Below the pieces are notes generated by a model. It ran no database searches. It was not told the DNA's origin and worked only from the letters and a program-made list of their open reading frames with translations. 64,000 nucleotides of DNA from Candidatus Sumerlaeaceae bacterium. Lineage in GTDB: Bacteria > Sumerlaeota > Sumerlaeia > Sumerlaeales > Sumerlaeaceae. Below are positions 46,850 through 54,970 of the stretch, piece by piece. Each line of letters starts with the position of its first letter. Within the stretch, counting starts at the first letter, position 1. The translations under genes and the position numbers were made by a program. The DNA lies in NCBI GenBank assembly GCA_051003195.1, contig JBPCLP010000047.1, positions 64,001 through 128,000 on the forward strand, given 5' to 3'.

Positions 46850-47607
46850 TGCTATACCGCGACCTGCGATCATCGAGCGCTGCCGACGCACAAGCCGCGC
46901 TGCAGGCTGCTGCCAATGACGGTGGTTATGTCACCGCGTGGCAGATAGCAATAATGGACAGGCAGGCCTGGAGCGCACGGCAGGACCAGCTGATTGTCAC
47001 CGTTCCAGATTTTCTTAACTATGCACGTCTGTTAAACACCGGCCAGGCCGTTTCGATGGCAAGGCTCGCCGGCCTCACAAGAAGCGCGGTAGCCGCGACG
47101 CAGGCAGGCATCGGTTCTATCGGTAAGCTGCCATGCCTCGCGAAAATGGATTTCTGGTCAGTGGCGGAAGTTCTGCTACGCTACGATCTCGCGTTGCTTC
47201 CCAAACAGTTTCAAGGCACACTGTGTCTGCACAGTCATTTGACGGATTTCGCGTGCGTTTTCGAACGCGCCGATTTTCTGCGCACCTTCTTTAACCTGGG
47301 CACCACACGCGCAGGCATCCATACGCAACAATTGCCGAGTTCCCTCACTTGTATCAGCCGCTGGCAATTGCGCCCGTCGCGAATTTCCTTCCTGTGTGCC
47401 TCCGGCGATAAAGACGGGGCAGCAGCATTAAACCTTGCTCGATCTTCGGACTTGCTTACAAATACCCAGCTTATTGCGGAGATGGATAGCTGGCCCGCCG
47501 ATCTGCAGCGCATGTCAATCGCAGAACAAATGTACAGCACCGGGCTCGACGGCATCCTTGTTTCCCCGGCCGCGACAGATGTAGTCCTGCCGTTGCAGAC
47601 AACCTGA
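46849..47607 (+). CDS. Hypothetical protein, translationally coupled to the SDR-Gfo fusion
   Basis: TGATG stop/start overlap; 252-aa ORF. Confidence 0.7.
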   Translation: MLYRDLRSSSAADAQAALQAAANDGGYVTAWQIAIMDRQAWSARQDQLIVTVPDFLNYARLLNTGQAVSMARLAGLTRSAVAATQAGIGSIGKLPCLAKMDFWSVAEVLLRYDLALLPKQFQGTLCLHSHLTDFACVFERADFLRTFFNLGTTRAGIHTQQLPSSLTCISRWQLRPSRISFLCASGDKDGAAALNLARSSDLLTNTQLIAEMDSWPADLQRMSIAEQMYSTGLDGILVSPAATDVVLPLQTT

Positions 47608-47840
47608 TCCGTTGCTAACGTTTTAATTTGACTCCTTAAATGTGATTGCGCAGTAATTACTCATCTTTTTTCGAGTGGTCTTAGGTTGGTAGTCGAAACA
47701 CGTTTTTACATGCATCATCACCGGGGCGATGGGACGCCTGATATTTCGTTGTCCCAATTATTTGCATGCCCCGCACCCTCCCTTACCCAGGCGCGATCTT
47801 CTGTAACTCTGAAATCCATATGGCGGGAGGTGAGCAGTAT

Positions 47841-48047
47841 ATGCCGATAGGCAAGGTAAAGTGGTTCAATGACAAGAAGGGCTTTGGGTTCATTGAGCCA
47901 GACGGTGGCGGCGAAGATATTTTCGTGCACCACACGTCCATCATGAGCGATGGCTTCCGCACACTGGCCGAAGGTCAGGGAGTGCAATTCGAAGTTGTCC
48001 GCGGACCGAAAGGAATGCAGGCGACGAACGTCCAGAAAATGATGTAA
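47841..48047 (+). CDS. Cold-shock protein (CspA family)
   Basis: GKVKWFN..KGFGFI (RNP1) and DIFVHH (RNP2); GGGAGGTG RBS before ATG 47841. Confidence 0.97.
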   Translation: MPIGKVKWFNDKKGFGFIEPDGGGEDIFVHHTSIMSDGFRTLAEGQGVQFEVVRGPKGMQATNVQKMM

Positions 48048-48171
48048 GTTTCTGGCGACAGTTGCAGGGTCGGAGTACCCCGTAGTTTTTGTACAGTTGC
48101 TGATGTGGCGCGTGCGGTTGAGGTACTGCTCGCGTTGTATGGTTGGGAGGTTGACAGGTTAACGTCTCCGC

Positions 48172-48198
48172 AAGGCGCCGAAAGGCGCTTTTTTCTTT
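48172..48198 (+). terminator. Intrinsic terminator downstream of the csp gene
   Basis: AGGCGCC-GAAA-GGCGCTT hairpin followed by a T run. Confidence 0.8.
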
Positions 48199-48255
48199 GT
48201 GCGGAAGATTATTTGCCAGACTACGAACTAACGGCCCAACACCAGCGCGCCACAA

Positions 48256-48582
48256 TCACGCCGCGAACGATGTTCCGCAGCCGCACGTCTTTGTAGCGTT
48301 CGGATTCTCAAAACGGAAGCCCCCGCCCATGAGGTCCGTTGAGAAATCAAGCGTCAGCCCATTCAGGTAAAAATAGCTCTTCGAGTCGCAGAAGACATTA
48401 AATCCTTCATACTCAAAGATCTTGTCCTTCTCCTCAGCAGTCTCGGCAATGTCCATGGTGTACGAAAGTCCCGAGCAGCCGCCGCCTTTCACGCCCACGC
48501 GCACACCCCAGCCGTGCTTCTTCTGGGAGTCGAGTATCTGGCGCACCTGCTTTTGTGCGGATTCGGTTACTACAATGGGCAT
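48256..48582 (-). CDS. iscA: Fe-S cluster assembly accessory protein (IscA/HesB)
   Basis: GGGCSG and NPNA..TCGCGTSF motifs; AGGAG RBS before ATG 48582. Confidence 0.92.
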   Translation of the reverse strand: MPIVVTESAQKQVRQILDSQKKHGWGVRVGVKGGGCSGLSYTMDIAETAEEKDKIFEYEGFNVFCDSKSYFYLNGLTLDFSTDLMGGGFRFENPNATKTCGCGTSFAA

Positions 48583-48640
48583 CCTGTTGCTCCTGCTTAG
48601 ATTTTCGTCAATCTCTCGTACAGTTCCACACGGTGAATCA

Positions 48641-49819
48641 TCACTCGTTTTGCGCCGCTGCCAAACCCAGCCCCCGCAGGCGTTTGACTGCCCCCGCAAC
48701 CTGCTCAGCCACTAAATCCACCTGCTCCGGCGTATTTGCGCGCCCCAGACCGAAACGGATCGAGCTGTGAACCAGCTCTTTGGAAATACCCATCGCCGCC
48801 AACACATGCGAGGGTTCCTGCTTTGCCGAGGTGCATGCACTGCCGGAACTGACCGCCGCCACGTCTCGCAGCGCCACGATGAGCGACTCGCCCTCAACAC
48901 CCGCGAAGCTCACGTTCAAATTGTTTGGCAGTCGATTCTCCATTGTTCCATTCACACTTACACCATCAATTTGCGCCTGTAGTTTCCCAAGCAAGCGGTC
49001 GCGCAGAGCACGTAAACGCAGAGCTTCCCCTTCCATTTCCCGCAAAGCAATATCGCAGGCTGCGCCAAGCCCTACGATGCCCGGTACGTTCAGGGTCCCC
49101 GGCCGGATGCCCCGCTCGTGTCCACCCCCATGGTGCAGGGGAGCGATCCGCATCCTTGGCGTGCGACGCCGAACCACTAGCGCGCCAACCCCTTTAGGCC
49201 CGTACAGCTTGTGTGCGCTGATGGATAACAGGTCGATATTTGCAGCGAGAATCTTCAATGCTATCCTGCCGCAAGACTGCGCCGCGTCCACGTGAAACAG
49301 GACGCCTGCGGCCTCGGCAATCTCGCCGACCTTCTCCACCGGGTGCACTGTCCCTACCTCGTTATTGGCATGCATCAGGCTGATAAGGAAAGTGCCATCA
49401 TCTACCGCCGCGCGCAGCAGCTCCAGGTCCAGCGTACCATCGGGTTGTACTGGAAGATAGGTAACGCGTATCCCATCGCTCTGCAGGTACTTGCACGTAT
49501 CGAGGGTGGCGCTGTGTTCGGTCACACACGTCACAACATGATCTTTTTTGCCTCGGAAATTCCGCGCCGCACCGATGAGCGCCACGTTGATACTTTCCGT
49601 TGCCCCCGAGGTAAAAACCACCTCTTTGGTTTCGGCTCCCACCAGTGCCGCAACCTGGCCGCGCGCGTGTTCCACCGCTTCCGCTGCGCGCCAGCCATAC
49701 GGGTGCGTTCGGCTGGAGGCATTGCCAAACTCCTGCAAAAAGAATGGCAGCATCGCCGTCAGCACCCGCTCGTCCACAGGCGTGGTAGAGTGGTGATCCA
49801 TGTAGATCGGTAGAGACAT
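48641..49819 (-). CDS. iscS: Cysteine desulfurase (group I, IscS/NifS)
   Basis: YMDHHSTTP, FTSGATES, SAHKLYGPKG (PLP Lys) and SSGSACTS; start re-called at ATG 49819. Confidence 0.95.
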   Translation of the reverse strand: MSLPIYMDHHSTTPVDERVLTAMLPFFLQEFGNASSRTHPYGWRAAEAVEHARGQVAALVGAETKEVVFTSGATESINVALIGAARNFRGKKDHVVTCVTEHSATLDTCKYLQSDGIRVTYLPVQPDGTLDLELLRAAVDDGTFLISLMHANNEVGTVHPVEKVGEIAEAAGVLFHVDAAQSCGRIALKILAANIDLLSISAHKLYGPKGVGALVVRRRTPRMRIAPLHHGGGHERGIRPGTLNVPGIVGLGAACDIALREMEGEALRLRALRDRLLGKLQAQIDGVSVNGTMENRLPNNLNVSFAGVEGESLIVALRDVAAVSSGSACTSAKQEPSHVLAAMGISKELVHSSIRFGLGRANTPEQVDLVAEQVAGAVKRLRGLGLAAAQNE

Positions 49820-49923
49820 TACAGAAATGTTTACCATTGATCTGCCAACTATGTGCACGACGGAATGCAACTGTGGCACGTGAATGTATTAGATTCGGGC
49901 AAATCCGCCCTAAAGGAAATATC

Positions 49924-50166
49924 ATGAACTTCCGAGCGCTGATTGCTGCAGGCGTCGCTGCCGCAACAACGGGTACCGCGGTGGCTGACTACGCCGGAAC
50001 ACCACAGCGCGAGTACATGGGGCGTACCTACCTCATCACTTCCGTACGCTATATCGGCCCGATCTGGTATGCTGGCGACGGTAAAGTCGTTCGCGGCTCA
50101 GAGAATGGTAGGTCCCGGCTCGTGCGCCTCGACGGCGAAACCTGGGTTCCCGCCAGAAAGTATTAA
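49924..50166 (+). CDS. Small secreted hypothetical protein (80 aa)
   Basis: AAGGA RBS and Ala-rich signal peptide ending in AVA. Confidence 0.65.
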   Translation: MNFRALIAAGVAAATTGTAVADYAGTPQREYMGRTYLITSVRYIGPIWYAGDGKVVRGSENGRSRLVRLDGETWVPARKY

Positions 50167-50172
50167 TTCCGG

Positions 50173-50272
50173 CTAGTGTTGTGTCCCATTAATTCGTTCA
50201 CTGGTTTTGTGTGCCGTCCGAGCTCAAAAGCTTACTGAAATATAGTTATGAACTTCTGGGACGGCACACTCG
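50173..50272 (+). mobile_element. MITE-like element copy 2 (subfamily A)
   Basis: Runs CTAGTGT...CACACTCG with imperfect TIRs; about 89% identical by hand to the reverse complement of 58698-58792; right end reads T-S-G-T-A-H. Confidence 0.75.
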
Positions 50273-50368
50273 TGTTGTTTACCGTTAGTTCGTAATAAGT
50301 TCTGTGTGCCGAATCGAGGGTATGTTTGCCCTTGGGTCTGATAATGAACTTCTGATTCGGCACTCTGG
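50269..50368 (+). mobile_element. MITE-like element copy 3 (subfamily B), head-to-tail with copy 2
   Basis: Shares the CTCG junction with copy 2; about 79% identical by hand to 33037-33135. Confidence 0.72.
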
Positions 50369-50435
50369 ATAATCGGTTGGTATGGCGTCTGAACAGGTTT
50401 GTTGACATGGATAGAGCCGCATCTGGATTTAGTGT

Positions 50436-53096
50436 GTGATCGCACGTAGAGTCGTTTCCCTTTTCCTTAGCCTTTGGGCGCTGGCAGCAAATGCAGCGCA
50501 ACCGTTCAAACTTGCGGATTTTGAGACTTCCACCAGTTATGGCGTCATTAACGATTCGAAGATCACAAGCGCCGCAGTTATACGGATTTCCAATGCCCTC
50601 GATGGCTCCCAGGGTCTGAGGTTCACAGCTGGTCTGGTGGGTTCCGAAGCAGGTTGGGCGGGCGTTTCCATTCCGGTTACGCCAGGGTCCCTTTCAACAG
50701 GCGTTGATCACATCGAATTGGATGCCCGCTCGGACGAACGTTCCCGGGGCATTTTTGTGACATTGTCGGAGAACGATGGCTCGCGTTGGAACGCGTTCGT
50801 CGGCGTCACGCGTGAGTGGAAGCACCAAAGTATTCCGCTATTTCAATTTCGCTGGTTCTCAGGTCCTGAAACTCGACGTCGGTCCCATCCTCGCCCTGCT
50901 GAAATACGCTCTGTCGAACTGTGGGTCGGAAATACATTCCAGGGCATGAATGGCTTTCAGTTGGACAACGTCTTCGCAATCGACCGCGTGCCTGCGTTGT
51001 CGCTGAAATTGCGAGAACAAGGCGAGCTCAACCAGCAGAAGAATACAACCCTGACCCTCCAGGCATTTGCCGGGGGGACAGTGGCGCCTTTCGACGGCAC
51101 GGTCTGGTTGGAAGTGAACGACCGAGCGGATGCGCTGCTACCAGGCAGCATCCAAATGCGAAACGGCAGGGGCGAGTTCCAGATCTTCCCAAGAAAAGCC
51201 GGCCCGCTGCAGTTGCACGCATATGAACCTGTTTCTGACAACGAGATGGTTACTACACTGACTGTTACCCCGGCAGAGCTGCAGGTGCATCTCGAGACTA
51301 TACCATTTGCTGGCGAGCAGGTAATGTACGTCAACGAGAAGCTGGCACCTCAGCTCTCCCTGTCAGGAAACGCCGTGCCGTTGTCAGCGCACATCGAAGT
51401 AACCAATCACCTGGGCCGTCGGTTGTTTTCTTCGTTCTTCAGACTCGCAGACCTGCACACCGATCGCGGGCAGCTCATGATCACAGAGCCCGGCATGATG
51501 CGGGTCAAAGTTCGCGCGATTGCGGAACCCGTATCGGCACTGCCCCACGTCGAAAACAATATGCCGATTCGGCTGTGGGATGTACCCAGCACGGCCTCGG
51601 CTATCCAGTTGCCCGCCGGCGTCACCACCAGCAGTGTCATGTCTGCCTTCCAGCTTACGCTTGAGGACGTTCCCTCCACTGCAACTGTGCTCGGCGAAGA
51701 TAGGTATCCACTGCTTGTGCTCGCCGATACGCCGCGGGAAATTTATTTTAATAAATGGTTCTTCGGGCTGTGTGGCGGCGCGCTGTCTCATCTCGAATAC
51801 GATGAGTTTCCAACCATTGGTGACAAGCGGCTCAAATGGCATCGGAAACTCGGCTGCGGGTGGGGACGCAACGATCTCTGGTGGCATGCAATCATGCCCG
51901 ACAAAGTAAGTTGGGCGTGGCAAAAATCCGGTGATATCATCAGACGCTACCGCGTCAATCGGCTCAGACTGCTGGCAGTGCTGGCCTACGAAGCAGCGTG
52001 GAGCAAAGACAAGTCCCCCGCGGATGAAGAAGCCCGTCACGATTGGGAGAAGTTTGTTCGCAGGCTCAACCAGGAATCCAACAACATGATCTACGGCTAC
52101 GAAGTCTGGAACGAGCCAAACCACGGTTTCTGGAAACCAGCTCCAGATGTGTACGCTTATCGCGAACTGGTGAAGACAACGTGGAATGCGGTTCGGACTT
52201 CCGGTACCCAGGAAGTTCCCGGACCGCGGGTGGTTGCCGGCGCGACCGCCGGTTTTGACCCTGTGTTCCTTGGAAAATTGTTGGACGACGGTTATGATGA
52301 GTATCTCGATGTACTGAGTTGCCATCCTTATCCTGAAGCCCGCAGCAAGTCGCCCGAAGAAAACGGGCTGCCGGAGATCCTCGATGAAGCCCGGGAGATG
52401 TTGCGCGCCCGCAAGCTCAAGAAGGAACTGTGGATAACAGAGCTCGGCTGGCCCACAGGACCCGCCGGAGTCTCCGACAAAGAACAGGCAAACTACTTCG
52501 TCCGTGCTTCCACCATGGCCCTGCACAAGGGCTTCGATAAATTATTCTGGTTCAATCTATACGACTGGGGCCCAGGCTTCAAACACGATGACTTTGGCGC
52601 GCTCACGGGTTTGCTGGATTACAATTACCACCCCAAGCTCGCGGCTTCGGCATATAACATAGCCACTTATATGCTGGCGGTTGTCAATCCGCGCGAGCAA
52701 ACGCAACAGGGCAAAGCCACCATCTACTCATTCGACATCGAACGCCAAAGCGTAAAGTACGAAGGCCGGATGCACGTTGCATGGACACTGTCGCCTGGAG
52801 ACGAACAGGACATTGAAATGCCAATGGTAATGAACGGGGGAGCGTTTGCTATCGATTATCTGGGAGCGGAGCATCAGGTGCAGCTTGTAAAAACCGAGTA
52901 CGAGGATGACAAAAATTCGACAGCGACTGGGGCATCCACTCTCGCAAATGCCGACAGGAGTACTTCCGATTCGGTGGCGGAAAACATGAGCATGGACGAC
53001 CGTCCATCCACTCGCACTTACCGCTTCCACGTTACTAACGAGCCGCTATATATCTGGGACGCGACACTGCCCCGACTGGTGAAAAAATCAAAGTGA
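50436..53096 (+). CDS. Secreted clan-A glycoside hydrolase (GH39/GH5-like) with N-terminal CBM-like domain
   Basis: Signal peptide; LADFE..GWAGV..LSENDGSRW..EWKHQSIPL.QF CBM11-like domain; YEVWNEPN acid/base, SCHPY and LWITELGW nucleophile. Confidence 0.85.
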   Translation: MIARRVVSLFLSLWALAANAAQPFKLADFETSTSYGVINDSKITSAAVIRISNALDGSQGLRFTAGLVGSEAGWAGVSIPVTPGSLSTGVDHIELDARSDERSRGIFVTLSENDGSRWNAFVGVTREWKHQSIPLFQFRWFSGPETRRRSHPRPAEIRSVELWVGNTFQGMNGFQLDNVFAIDRVPALSLKLREQGELNQQKNTTLTLQAFAGGTVAPFDGTVWLEVNDRADALLPGSIQMRNGRGEFQIFPRKAGPLQLHAYEPVSDNEMVTTLTVTPAELQVHLETIPFAGEQVMYVNEKLAPQLSLSGNAVPLSAHIEVTNHLGRRLFSSFFRLADLHTDRGQLMITEPGMMRVKVRAIAEPVSALPHVENNMPIRLWDVPSTASAIQLPAGVTTSSVMSAFQLTLEDVPSTATVLGEDRYPLLVLADTPREIYFNKWFFGLCGGALSHLEYDEFPTIGDKRLKWHRKLGCGWGRNDLWWHAIMPDKVSWAWQKSGDIIRRYRVNRLRLLAVLAYEAAWSKDKSPADEEARHDWEKFVRRLNQESNNMIYGYEVWNEPNHGFWKPAPDVYAYRELVKTTWNAVRTSGTQEVPGPRVVAGATAGFDPVFLGKLLDDGYDEYLDVLSCHPYPEARSKSPEENGLPEILDEAREMLRARKLKKELWITELGWPTGPAGVSDKEQANYFVRASTMALHKGFDKLFWFNLYDWGPGFKHDDFGALTGLLDYNYHPKLAASAYNIATYMLAVVNPREQTQQGKATIYSFDIERQSVKYEGRMHVAWTLSPGDEQDIEMPMVMNGGAFAIDYLGAEHQVQLVKTEYEDDKNSTATGASTLANADRSTSDSVAENMSMDDRPSTRTYRFHVTNEPLYIWDATLPRLVKKSK

Positions 53097-54940
53097 AAAA
53101 AAATGGCGGCAAACAGGCGCGTCCGACGACAGGCGCAAAACGGGATAGCAAAAAATCCAGGAGCAGCGACGGAGCGCAGCCAAATACTTTTGCAACGAAA
53201 CGTCCCAAGCGATGGGAAAGAGGAAATCGCTCTCCATCCCCCCGAGTAGCCACCACTGAACCCGCAGATCGAGCCAAAGCAGGCAGGGATCGCGACCACA
53301 CCCCGACGCAAAGTCCGTATGCATCCGCGGAGGCGGGAAAGTCCAGGAAACTGGATCGGCATCCGCGTAATTCTAAACCGTACGCACCGGCAGGTCGGGC
53401 AAAACCAAAGAAGCACGAAGAGCAGCCCCGAACGCAAAAACGTTACGGGTCCGATCTTCCATCCAGAACAACCAACGTTCGCGACCGGGCGCGCCTCCCA
53501 AAGCCCTATTCACCTTCGGACCGGGTTGAGCCAACGAAGGCACGCGCGAACGTGCCCTTGCAAAAAGCACGTGCGAACCTGCCCTTGCAAAAAGCACGTG
53601 CGAACCTGCCCTTCCGAAAACCGCCAGCCACTTTAGCTCCAGCAACCGCGAAGATAACGCACGATCGGCCGCAGTTTCAAAAACCGCTTTTATCAAAGCA
53701 TCCCGAAAAACCGTCCGGGTCGCCTGACCGGCGCACCACTGGCATTCCCACTGTGCATTCCAGTGGCTTACCCACGATCGTCGTTACCCTGAAAGATACA
53801 CGTTCCCAAAAAGTGCGGCACACCTGGTACTACGACAACATGGTAGCGAAAGAACCGGCGAACGCAGCCGAAGCAGATGGCAATGCTGTGGCGGTGATGG
53901 AACAACCCGGCAAATTCCTGGGTAGCGCGATCTACAACAGCCATTCTCGAATCCGCGCACGCATCTTCAGTCTCGATGCAACGCGCTTTAACGAAGCCTA
54001 CATTAAGGGTGCTCTCGAAGCCGCCATTGCACGCCGGCATCGGTTGTTCGCGCGAGAGGATTCCTGCCGCCTCGTTTTCGGTGATTCAGACGGGCTGCCG
54101 GGACTAATCGTCGATAAAATCGGCACTGTCCTTGTCATTCAGTTGCTGACGCTTGCGGCAGATCGCCATGCCACATTCATCGTCGACCAGCTACAGCGCA
54201 GCATCGCCCCTCGTGGAATTGTGATTCGCCGCGATCTGAACATCCGGGAAAAAGAGGGACTTCCGATACTCGAACCGGAGCTCATCGGCGAGGTACCGAC
54301 GCCCATTGAGGTCCAGCAGGATGGCTTTACCGTATACGCAGACTTACTCGCGGGTCAGAAGACAGGTCTGTTTCTGGACCAGCGTTTCAATCGACAGCTC
54401 ATCAAGCCATGGTGTAAAGATGCTCAGGTTCTTGATCTATTCTGCTACGTCGGAGCATGGTCGTTTACCGCTGCCCTTGGCGGTGCACGAAAAGTAATCG
54501 GTGTGGACTCATCCGCCGCCGCCATTGCACTGGCCGAACGCGCAGCCGCGACCAACGGATTTTCCAACGTTCGTTTTGAAACGTCTGACGTTTTTGAGTA
54601 CCTGGACAAAATCACGAGTGATACCCACAACGTGATTGTGTGTGACCCGCCCGCCTTCGCAAAAACCCGAACGCATGTCCACGATGCCTTAAAAGCCTAT
54701 CTGAGCCTCAATTATCGCTGCATGAAAAACCTCGCAGTTGGCGGCATACTGGCCACAAGCTCGTGCTCTCAACATGTCGGTGCCGATGAATTCGAAACCA
54801 TGCTCGAAACCGCCGCTCGCAATGCACGCATGCAGTTCCAGATCGTGGCGCGCAGTAGCCAGTCGCCTGATCACCCAGCCTTGCTCGGATTCCCTGAATC
54901 CGAGTATCTTAAGTGCTTCGTCCTTCAGCGGATTGAGTAG
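53093..54940 (+). CDS. rlmI: RlmI/RlmK-type class I SAM-dependent rRNA methyltransferase with a long basic N-terminal extension
   Basis: RLVFGDSDGLPGLIVD, GQKTGLFLDQR.NR, VLDLFCYVG, CDPPAF, SSCS and DHP....PESEYLK motifs. Confidence 0.88.
   Translation: MKKNGGKQARPTTGAKRDSKKSRSSDGAQPNTFATKRPKRWERGNRSPSPRVATTEPADRAKAGRDRDHTPTQSPYASAEAGKSRKLDRHPRNSKPYAPAGRAKPKKHEEQPRTQKRYGSDLPSRTTNVRDRARLPKPYSPSDRVEPTKARANVPLQKARANLPLQKARANLPFRKPPATLAPATAKITHDRPQFQKPLLSKHPEKPSGSPDRRTTGIPTVHSSGLPTIVVTLKDTRSQKVRHTWYYDNMVAKEPANAAEADGNAVAVMEQPGKFLGSAIYNSHSRIRARIFSLDATRFNEAYIKGALEAAIARRHRLFAREDSCRLVFGDSDGLPGLIVDKIGTVLVIQLLTLAADRHATFIVDQLQRSIAPRGIVIRRDLNIREKEGLPILEPELIGEVPTPIEVQQDGFTVYADLLAGQKTGLFLDQRFNRQLIKPWCKDAQVLDLFCYVGAWSFTAALGGARKVIGVDSSAAAIALAERAAATNGFSNVRFETSDVFEYLDKITSDTHNVIVCDPPAFAKTRTHVHDALKAYLSLNYRCMKNLAVGGILATSSCSQHVGADEFETMLETAARNARMQFQIVARSSQSPDHPALLGFPESEYLKCFVLQRIE
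53537..53617 (+). repeat. 27-bp in-frame tandem repeat x3 (KARANVPLQ/KARANLPLQ/KARANLPFR)
   Basis: Units start at 53537, 53564 and 53591 and are near-identical at DNA level. Confidence 0.92.
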
Positions 54941-54970
54941 GCCCCTCCTCCTGCCCGCCGGTAAAAATTT

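Noticed and set aside
48105..48296. 63-aa ORF after the cold-shock gene
   Set aside because: No RBS; it runs through the terminator and overlaps iscA.
50173..50368. The ~100-bp repeats read as a CRISPR array, integron attC sites or HDV-like ribozymes
   Set aside because: There is no repeat-spacer alternation and no cas genes. There is no RYYYAAC...GTTRRRY arrangement or integrase. The pairing order is loosely HDV-like, but helix sizes and the catalytic core do not fit.
50224..50501. Short minus-strand ORFs upstream of the glycoside hydrolase
   Set aside because: They are chance frames across the MITE dimer.
53537..53617. 27-bp repeats as a mini-CRISPR
   Set aside because: No spacers; it is an in-frame coding tandem repeat.
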